A program made the position numbers and the translations under genes. This document shows, piece by piece, positions 7,812 to 14,428 of a DNA stretch of 17,619 nt. The notes under the pieces were generated by a model. It was not told where the DNA came from. It saw only the letters and a program-made list of their open reading frames with translations, and ran no database searches. Numbering within the stretch: the first letter of the stretch is position 1; each line of letters begins with the position of its first letter. This stretch comes from an uncultured Candidatus Poseidoniales archaeon. GTDB taxonomy: Archaea; Thermoplasmatota; Poseidoniia; Poseidoniales; CAYMED01. The stretch lies in NCBI GenBank assembly GCA_964389655.1, contig CAYMED010000029.1, forward strand, positions 1 through 17,619, given 5' to 3'.

Positions 7812-8939
7812 ATGAAGAAGCTTATTGATCGTGTTCTCGACCTGCAAGATGAAGCGATCACAGATTCTTCATCAAAGGAGGAAGATCCACTTGAAGATGT
7901 AAGTGAATTGCATCGCTTACTCAATAGTTTGCGCCCTCGTGTTCGTGTTTTTGGCTGTGGAGGGTGTGGATCAAACACTGTTGCTAGACTAGATGAAGCG
8001 GGATTGTTGAATGATGATCTCGTAGTGGGACATGCAATCAATACAGATGTACAACATTTGTTACGCACCGAGGTGTCTGAAAAGGTCCTCATAGGGCGTA
8101 CTGCACGTGGGCGCGGGGCCGGTGGTGATCCTGAAAAAGGAGAAAAGGCCGCATATGAATCCGAAAGGACTCTTCGCCGGCTTGTCGATGAAGTCGATCT
8201 CGCATTCGTAACATGTGGATTGGGGGGGGGTACTGGAACGGGAAGTGCACATGTTGTGGCGCGGTTGGCCAAAGATGCTGGGGCTTTGACGATTGCAGTT
8301 GTTACTTATCCCTTTGAATCTGAGGGCGCCCAGCGAAGACAAAATGCAGAATGGGGGTTGGCTCGCCTAAGAGAAGTGTGTGATACTGTTATGGTATTGC
8401 CAAATGAAAAACTCCTCTCTGTTGATGGAGTCCGTGATTTGCCGCTTTCAGCAGCATTTCGGGTCGCCGATGAAATCCTAATGCGATCGATCGCAGGAGT
8501 GGGAGAACTAGTTACTAAGAGTGGGCTCGTTAATTTGGACTTTGAAGACCTCCGTGCTGTTATGACCAATGGTGGCGGGGTGGCAATGATTACGTTGGGG
8601 GAATCTGCCGGACCAAATGGGGTTGAATTAGCGACACAACAAGCACTTGATTCGCCCCTACTAGATGTGGATGTATCTGAGGCGAGAGGCGCACTGATCA
8701 ATGTCGTTGGAGGGTCAGGGCTGACATTAGGGCAGGCAGAATCGGCTGCAAAGGAAATTCAAGGAAAAATTAGCCCATATGCAAAAATTATTTGGGGTGC
8801 AACAATAGATCCTGAAGCGAATGATTCGGTAAGGGTGTTATTGGTTCTCACAGGTGTGCGTTCAGAGCAGATATATGGGGCATCCGCCCATAGACAACTT
8901 ACTTCATTGAGAAATCGTTCGATTGATATTGTTGGATGA
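7812..8939 (+). CDS. ftsZ: Cell division protein FtsZ (FtsZ1-type by gene context)
   Basis: GCGGCGSN, INTD, GRGAGGDPEKG, tubulin signature GLGGGTGTG, PFESEG, T7 loop GLVNLDFED, IIWGA. Sits in the conserved euryarchaeal ftsZ-secE-spt5 context. ATG 7812 preferred over TTG 7791. Confidence 0.96.
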   Translation: MKKLIDRVLDLQDEAITDSSSKEEDPLEDVSELHRLLNSLRPRVRVFGCGGCGSNTVARLDEAGLLNDDLVVGHAINTDVQHLLRTEVSEKVLIGRTARGRGAGGDPEKGEKAAYESERTLRRLVDEVDLAFVTCGLGGGTGTGSAHVVARLAKDAGALTIAVVTYPFESEGAQRRQNAEWGLARLREVCDTVMVLPNEKLLSVDGVRDLPLSAAFRVADEILMRSIAGVGELVTKSGLVNLDFEDLRAVMTNGGGVAMITLGESAGPNGVELATQQALDSPLLDVDVSEARGALINVVGGSGLTLGQAESAAKEIQGKISPYAKIIWGATIDPEANDSVRVLLVLTGVRSEQIYGASAHRQLTSLRNRSIDIVG

Positions 8940-9003
8940 GCAAATAACTGCGAAGTGGTTTTCAAGGGTGCTGCGGTCGCCGGGTTCCGCGGGGACGAGT
9001 CAC

Positions 9004-9276
9004 ATGGCCGAGGAAGTAACTCAGGATGGAGCGCGGCGCTCCTTTGAAGAGCGTGTTCAAGGCGCACAAGATGTTATTGAAAGACAGGTCCGTTTGTTGG
9101 GACGAGGAAATACCGCACGTATCCTAAGAATGGCAAAAAAACCTACAAAACAGGAATTTCGCCAAACAGTTTGGGTTTGTGGAATCGGGATGGCAATTCT
9201 TGGATTCATTGGTTTCGTTGTCTTGTGGGTCATGGATACGGCACTTCCAATGTTATTTGGAAAAATTATTGGGTAG
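9004..9276 (+). CDS. secE: Protein translocase subunit SecE / Sec61-gamma
   Basis: RILRMAKKPTKQEF followed by one TM helix (GIGMAILGFIGFVV). Located between ftsZ and spt5. ATG 9004. Confidence 0.92.
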   Translation: MAEEVTQDGARRSFEERVQGAQDVIERQVRLLGRGNTARILRMAKKPTKQEFRQTVWVCGIGMAILGFIGFVVLWVMDTALPMLFGKIIG

Positions 9277-9284
9277 GGACTTAG

Positions 9285-10154
9285 ATGGCTGAAGCATTTC
9301 TCGCTTTTATACGGAAAGAAGATGAAGTGCTCCTATTGAGGCGTAGCAAAGAAGTTGCTGAATCGCCCGCATTATGGGATGGGGTCTATGGGCTCGTTGA
9401 TGTGATAGATGAAACATCTGTTACTTCTAGGGTTGAAGAAGCGACGGGAATCCCCGCTAGTGAACTAACGATCGTGCGGAATGGTCAATCAAGAGGTCTC
9501 GAGATTGGGGGCCGCCTCGTAGACGTAACTCCAATCCTCTTACATACAACTCATGAAGAAATACAGGCAGCAACTCTCTATACAGAACATGAATGGATAG
9601 ATCCTGGGACGATACAGCACACAAATACGACGCCTTTGCTATCTGAATTATATGGGGATGTTGCAGCATACGTTTACATTGTAAAAACCACAATTAATCA
9701 AGAACAAAAGGTTGCACAAGAAATGCAAGCAAGATTATCTGGAACGGGTTCATTACGGGATAGTAAAGACGAAATTTTCGGTATCCTTCATCCACCTCAG
9801 ATGCGCGGCTATCTCTTTATCGAGGCAAGCGCAAGGCACCATGTAGAAAATCTAATTGGAAGGGGTGGTGGAGCAACTACGCCACTAAAAAATGCAAAAG
9901 CAGTTCTTGGTGGGGAAGCTCCTCTCAAAGATGTCACTCCATATCTTGAACCAAAGGCTGCAACAGTGGGTATTGAGATCGGGACAATCGTAGAAATTGC
10001 CACAGGGGCTTTCCGCGGTGAGAAGGCACGAGTTACGAATGTTTCCGAGAATAAAGATGAAATTACAATGGTGCTCTATGAGGCCGCAATCCCTATGGAG
10101 CTTACCATGAGGGCAGATCATGTCCGCATTATTGACAGGATTGATGAGGACTAG
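9285..10154 (+). CDS. spt5: Transcription elongation factor Spt5 (NusG) with N-terminal NUDIX-like domain fusion
   Basis: aa ~129-222 NGN domain (YIVKTTINQEQKVA, MRGYLFIEA). aa ~229-285 KOW (IEIGTIVEIATGAFRGEKARVTNV, LYEAAIPMELT). aa 1-126 NUDIX-like (VLLLRRS, LWDGVYG, RVEEATGI, EHEWIDP). Confidence 0.92.
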   Translation: MAEAFLAFIRKEDEVLLLRRSKEVAESPALWDGVYGLVDVIDETSVTSRVEEATGIPASELTIVRNGQSRGLEIGGRLVDVTPILLHTTHEEIQAATLYTEHEWIDPGTIQHTNTTPLLSELYGDVAAYVYIVKTTINQEQKVAQEMQARLSGTGSLRDSKDEIFGILHPPQMRGYLFIEASARHHVENLIGRGGGATTPLKNAKAVLGGEAPLKDVTPYLEPKAATVGIEIGTIVEIATGAFRGEKARVTNVSENKDEITMVLYEAAIPMELTMRADHVRIIDRIDED

Positions 10155-10160
10155 GATTGC

Positions 10161-10214
10161 CCAACGCGATTATATGGAATGGTTAAGTCGGCCGAATTCT
10201 GGAAAGTGATGTGA
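10161..10214 (+). promoter_or_regulatory. Possible internal promoter and RBS for the ribosomal protein cluster
   Basis: TTATAT at 10170-10175, about 40 nt upstream of the rpl11 ATG, and a GTGATGTGA SD-like sequence just before the ATG. Confidence 0.4.
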
Positions 10215-10215
10215 C

Positions 10216-10488
10216 ATGCCGAAGCCGTGGACATCTGAGCTTATCAAAAAGAAACTTGGCGTCAAAAAATGCAATGGCAGCCTTGAAGCCGCAGTTGAAG
10301 ACATGCCTTTTTCAGATGTGGTTGATGTTGCAAATCAAAAATCGAATGATTTGACTGGAGCGGATTTAAAGGCAAAGACAAGAGAAGTTTTGGGTACTTG
10401 TGTTGCAATGCGAGTTAAAATAGATGGGAAATGGGCAAAGGAGGTTCTTGAAGCCGTAGCAAACGGCGATTATGATGATGCATTCTAA
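10216..10488 (+). CDS. rpl11: 50S ribosomal protein L11 (uL11), C-terminal rRNA-binding domain only
   Basis: PWTSELIKKKLG...LKAKTREVLGTCVAMRVKIDGK..KEV...GDYD matches the archaeal uL11 C-terminal domain. Canonical position between spt5 and rpl1. Only 90 aa. Confidence 0.88.
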   Translation: MPKPWTSELIKKKLGVKKCNGSLEAAVEDMPFSDVVDVANQKSNDLTGADLKAKTREVLGTCVAMRVKIDGKWAKEVLEAVANGDYDDAF

Positions 10489-10507
10489 TCAAGAATCAAG
10501 CACGCGC

Positions 10508-10548
10508 GCGGGAGAGGGCTTGAAAGTCCTCGCGAACCGCCGAGGTGA
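10508..10548 (+). promoter_or_regulatory. Putative L1-binding autoregulatory mRNA leader plus Shine-Dalgarno
   Basis: GCGG-GA-GAGGGCT-TGAA-AGTCCTC-GCGAA-CCGC forms two helices separated by an asymmetric GA/GCGAA loop. GAGGTGA (10542-10548) follows, then the rpl1 ATG. Confidence 0.75.
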
Positions 10549-10554
10549 ACATAC

Positions 10555-11199
10555 ATGGAAGATAAAATTCGTAATGCTATTGAAGAGGCGATGGAAAAAT
10601 CGCCAGAACGAAAGTTTGTTCAAACTCTTGAAATGGCATTTACGCTTCGGGACATTGACTTGAAAAATCCAAAAAATAGGATCCAAGAGGAAGTGCGATT
10701 ACCAAAGGGCCGAGGGAAGAAAATTCGAATCGCTATTTTTGCAACTGGTGAAATGGCATCAAAAGCCAAAGGTGGGGAGCTTGAGATACTTGATCCAGCG
10801 ACGATTTCAGACTTAGGAGATGACAAGAAAGCCGCAAGAAAAATTGCTGATAAATATCATTTCTTCCTCTCTGAAGTCCCCCATATGGCCTTAATCGGGC
10901 GCCATCTTGGGATTGTGCTGGGACCGAGAGGAAAAATGCCAAGACCCGTACCACCCGTTGTTGATCCTGCAGGTCTTGCACAAGTTCTTCAATCGACAGT
11001 CGTTGTTCGAAGTCGAGATAGAGTAACATTTCACACTTCATTCGGAAGCGATGCACAAACTATGGATGACTTAAATGAGAATGCTCTAGCAATATTCAAT
11101 CGTGTCATTTCTCGCTTGGATCGAGGAGTAAGCAACCTGAGATCGCTGTATATCAAAACCTCGATGGGACCATCAGTTGCTGTTGGAGGGTTATTTTGA
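10555..11199 (+). CDS. rpl1: 50S ribosomal protein L1 (uL1)
   Basis: RKFVQTLEM, IDLKNPKNRI, LPKGRGK, LGPRGKMP, YIKTSMGP; strong SD. Confidence 0.97.
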   Translation: MEDKIRNAIEEAMEKSPERKFVQTLEMAFTLRDIDLKNPKNRIQEEVRLPKGRGKKIRIAIFATGEMASKAKGGELEILDPATISDLGDDKKAARKIADKYHFFLSEVPHMALIGRHLGIVLGPRGKMPRPVPPVVDPAGLAQVLQSTVVVRSRDRVTFHTSFGSDAQTMDDLNENALAIFNRVISRLDRGVSNLRSLYIKTSMGPSVAVGGLF

Positions 11200-12206
11200 T
11201 GCAAGCAAAAATAACTCAGGCCAAGCGAGATCTAGTGTCTGCTACAACAAATCAAATAGAAAATTCTGATTTGATTGCCATTATTGATACTGCTGGAGTT
11301 CCAGCCGATGCATTTCTTCGAATGCGCGCTGATTTGAGAAAGGTGAATGTTAGTGTGAAACTCCTAAAGAAAACTCTGCTCCGAAGATCGTGGGCAGATG
11401 CCGGTTTAGATTCTGGCCAATTAAATTCAATGCTTTCTGCATCACTGCAGCCGGCTATTGTGTTCACAAACGGTATGAATTCCTTTGAACTCTACAATCA
11501 TCTTGATGCTACACGCACAGGACGTGCTGCAAAAGAAGGGGATGTAGCAGATAGGGACATTGTCGTAGAAGCTCATGATACTGGTCTTCCGCCCGGCCCA
11601 ATTGTGGGGGAATTAAATTCAATCGGAATCCCTGCAAAAATCATGAAGGGATCAGTACTAATTCAGAAAGATGTGACACCAATTCATTCTGGTGAGACAT
11701 TCTCTTCCGATCTCGGACTAATGCTTGACAAACTTGGTATCCGACCAATTGAGATCGGGCTAATCCTAAAAGGAACATTCGAAGACAATACGTGGTTCAA
11801 ACCGGACATTCTAGCAATTGATTATGAACAATTCTCATCAGAACTTACTGGACTTGCCGCTCGGGCATTTAATCTGGCGTGCAATATTGCTTGGGCATCT
11901 TCTGCTACGATTCCCACTTTAATCGCCAAAGCATCTAGTGAGGCATTATCATTGGCGATTGAAAGTCACTGGTTGAATAAAGCCAGTGCACCACATATCC
12001 TCGGGCTAGCGCAATCGCGCATGCTCGCCCTTGCAGGGTGTATTGATGCCGATGGTCTTGATGAAGATCTAACGGCAAAGCTAGGTGCTGTTGTGTCTAG
12101 TGCCCCTGCAGCAGTTGAAGAAACAACCGCTGAAAAGGTCGAGGAGACTGAGGAAGAAGAGGACGAAGAGGCATCATTTGCTGGCCTTGGAGACCTTTTT
12201 GGATAA
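11199..12206 (+). CDS. rpl10: 50S ribosomal protein L10 / acidic P0 (uL10)
   Basis: TGATG overlap with the rpl1 stop and GGAGG SD upstream. KKTLL, AKEGDVA, TGLPPGP, GIPAKI, LGIRP motifs. Acidic tail ending FAGLGDLFG. Confidence 0.96.
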   Translation: MQAKITQAKRDLVSATTNQIENSDLIAIIDTAGVPADAFLRMRADLRKVNVSVKLLKKTLLRRSWADAGLDSGQLNSMLSASLQPAIVFTNGMNSFELYNHLDATRTGRAAKEGDVADRDIVVEAHDTGLPPGPIVGELNSIGIPAKIMKGSVLIQKDVTPIHSGETFSSDLGLMLDKLGIRPIEIGLILKGTFEDNTWFKPDILAIDYEQFSSELTGLAARAFNLACNIAWASSATIPTLIAKASSEALSLAIESHWLNKASAPHILGLAQSRMLALAGCIDADGLDEDLTAKLGAVVSSAPAAVEETTAEKVEETEEEEDEEASFAGLGDLFG

Positions 12207-12223
12207 AAAAATAGGTGAAAAAT

Positions 12224-12520
12224 ATGGAATACATTTACGGAGCCATGCTACTGCACAGTGCAGGACAGACGATTGATGACGCTGGTGTCAAGAAAGTGCT
12301 TGATGCCGCAGGGGTAAAAGCAGACGATGGGCGGGTCAAAGCCCTTGTCGCTAGCCTCTCTGGCATTGACATTGAAGAAGCGATGAGCAAAGCTGTCGCT
12401 GCGCCTGCTGCTGCCGCTGCAGTATCTAGTGGTGCTGCAGAACCGGCTGCCGCTGAAGCTGTAGAAGAAGAGGAAGAAGAGGCTGGAGGATTCGAAGGCC
12501 TTGGAAGCCTGTTTGGGTGA
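12224..12520 (+). CDS. rpl12: 50S ribosomal protein L12 / acidic stalk protein P1
   Basis: MEYIYGAMLLHSAG, RVKALVASL, Ala-rich hinge, EEEEEE..GLGSLFG. AGGTGA SD at 12213-12218 supports ATG 12224. Confidence 0.97.
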   Translation: MEYIYGAMLLHSAGQTIDDAGVKKVLDAAGVKADDGRVKALVASLSGIDIEEAMSKAVAAPAAAAAVSSGAAEPAAAEAVEEEEEEAGGFEGLGSLFG

Positions 12521-12552
12521 AAACACACTGAGTTTTTGCGAGTTCGCTGTCC

Positions 12553-13074
12553 TTGACGCCGAAATCCATCACCTCTGTGGCAACTTGCATCCCTCCACCG
12601 GATGCAATTCGTACATTTCGGAAGTTGGCAGAGAAATATAATTGGAGAGTTCAATCCGTAGAGTCTACTAGACTTGTTCATCGATTCGTTGTCATCGCTC
12701 CAATCTCATCTTTAACGCCAACAATCGGATTGAGATTAACGAGTGGGCCATTTCGTGACCTAGAGATGCATGCTTGGTCAGCAGTTCCTGGAAGTAGCGG
12801 GGCCATCCAAAATGTAGAGATTATTGCACCAGCATCTAATGCCCAATTAGAAAGAGATTTAATTGTGGTGTGGGCTTCTAAAATCGAGAAAAAGCCGTGG
12901 AGATGGACATTCGGAGAACGATCGAGAATTGGCTTCTTTTTGCCAGAATTTAGAAAATCAAAGAAAGTGTTTCAAAAAATGGGTTTCGACATTACAAGAA
13001 AATCCAAGTGGCCACAGCCAAAAATCGAAGCGGAGCAGAGATTGAAGAATGCGGCAATTTTAGAGGATGAATAA
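12553..13074 (+). CDS. Hypothetical basic, Trp-rich protein
   Basis: 173-aa ORF filling the gap after rpl12, co-oriented, with its stop overlapping the next ORF start. No motif recognised. TTG start uncertain. Confidence 0.65.
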   Translation: MTPKSITSVATCIPPPDAIRTFRKLAEKYNWRVQSVESTRLVHRFVVIAPISSLTPTIGLRLTSGPFRDLEMHAWSAVPGSSGAIQNVEIIAPASNAQLERDLIVVWASKIEKKPWRWTFGERSRIGFFLPEFRKSKKVFQKMGFDITRKSKWPQPKIEAEQRLKNAAILEDE

Positions 13075-13819
13075 ATACAGACGATTCAAGAAGTGCGGCC
13101 TTGTCGAAGGAATGTTGCTCCGATATGACAACCTCTTTGGCTCGCAAAGAGCGGTAGCCATGTGGATCTCTTCGGTTATTTTCTTTGCTTCATTTTTCTC
13201 ATATTTTTCAATTCTTGCCAACAGAGAAGGAATCACAATTCCCACCATTGCTGGTAGTGGAAATTTGACGGTCACGTTCACTGAAGAAGATGTTGTTGTA
13301 TTTGAGGATTCAGAAACATTGTTGGATGGGGATGTGGTTGAATTCACCCATATATTTGATGATAATGATATCATGCTAGGATATGTTGAACTTGTTATAT
13401 CACACGATGAAACCGACGAGGGTGGGCCAAACCCGGGTATTCAAGAACAATGTGATAAGGTCTATGCTGAAATGAAAATGGAGAATGTTGATGGGTTTGT
13501 TGTCGATGGTTCGAATACAAGTGGGGAATCTGAAGAATCATGCCCGTCAGAATTCACAATGCGCATTCTGTTAACTGAAAATTATTCAGGGGATGCCTAT
13601 CAAGTGGTTGGTGACGCTTCAGATGTATTGGCCCTATGGGTTGATGAAGGAAAGGGGAGGGGAGAATGGAATTGTGAAATCGAGTTGGAAACAAGAACTG
13701 GAAGTTCTCCTGGTCCGAGCCCTGGAGGGCCTATTCTCAACAATAATGAAGATGGAGAAGAAATTACTATTTCGTGGCGTTTTGTAGCATATACCGTCGA
13801 TATTGAAGTTGAATCATAA
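13067..13819 (+). CDS. Hypothetical membrane-anchored protein with acidic extracellular domain
   Basis: N-terminal TM (AVAMWISSVIFFASFFSYFSILA), then a D/E-rich beta-type domain with Cys residues and N-x-S/T sequons. Start may be ATG 13112. Confidence 0.75.
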   Translation: MNKYRRFKKCGLVEGMLLRYDNLFGSQRAVAMWISSVIFFASFFSYFSILANREGITIPTIAGSGNLTVTFTEEDVVVFEDSETLLDGDVVEFTHIFDDNDIMLGYVELVISHDETDEGGPNPGIQEQCDKVYAEMKMENVDGFVVDGSNTSGESEESCPSEFTMRILLTENYSGDAYQVVGDASDVLALWVDEGKGRGEWNCEIELETRTGSSPGPSPGGPILNNNEDGEEITISWRFVAYTVDIEVES

Positions 13820-13887
13820 TGCAGTTGTAATACATATCAAAAAGTTGGGTCTTTACGTGGCAAATTCCGCTCATAGCATGTTATGAG

Positions 13888-14136
13888 ATGAGGTTAATGC
13901 CGACTGATACTGCATTCCGCCGGTTTCGATCAAACAAACTAGTACTGTCTTTCATTACCTATTCGGTTTTTCGAGCATTTTATGGTGCAGGCATCCTTTT
14001 TGCCACGTGGCTATTTGCAACAAAAACCGAAGCACCATTGTGGATTTCAATTATGTTTCTATTTTGTTCAATGGTGTTCTCTCGCGTGATGTTTAGTTAC
14101 ATCAGGAAGAGGCGTAAAAGCACCCCGCTTGATTGA
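13888..14136 (+). CDS. Small two-TM membrane protein, hypothetical
   Basis: 82 aa, two hydrophobic segments, basic termini (RRFRSNK, RKRRK) consistent with the positive-inside rule. Confidence 0.65.
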   Translation: MRLMPTDTAFRRFRSNKLVLSFITYSVFRAFYGAGILFATWLFATKTEAPLWISIMFLFCSMVFSRVMFSYIRKRRKSTPLD

Positions 14137-14428
14137 ATTGATTGATGGAATGTTTCATTTATGACACAATTCATAATGAAAAATAATCTGACTTTTATGA
14201 AAAGAGCAAAGTTCATTCATCAATCATGAAGGGTCGTAATCGTTGGAGAATCTGCTGATGATCCTTAAACCAAATTCGAATTCAGTCCCCACTTTTCATC
14301 TTGAGTTGACAAGGCTCACTATGATGAGAGGCCTTGCATACATGAGATTATTTTAAATCAGAAAAATATAGGGATTCAATTGATCTTTTTGGATATACGT
14401 TGAAATCAGGAAGGGTGCTGGCCATCCC

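Noticed and set aside
10155-10215. Frameshifted or pseudogenised L11 N-terminal domain
   Set aside because: Only 61 nt are available and no proline-rich NTD remnant is recognisable.
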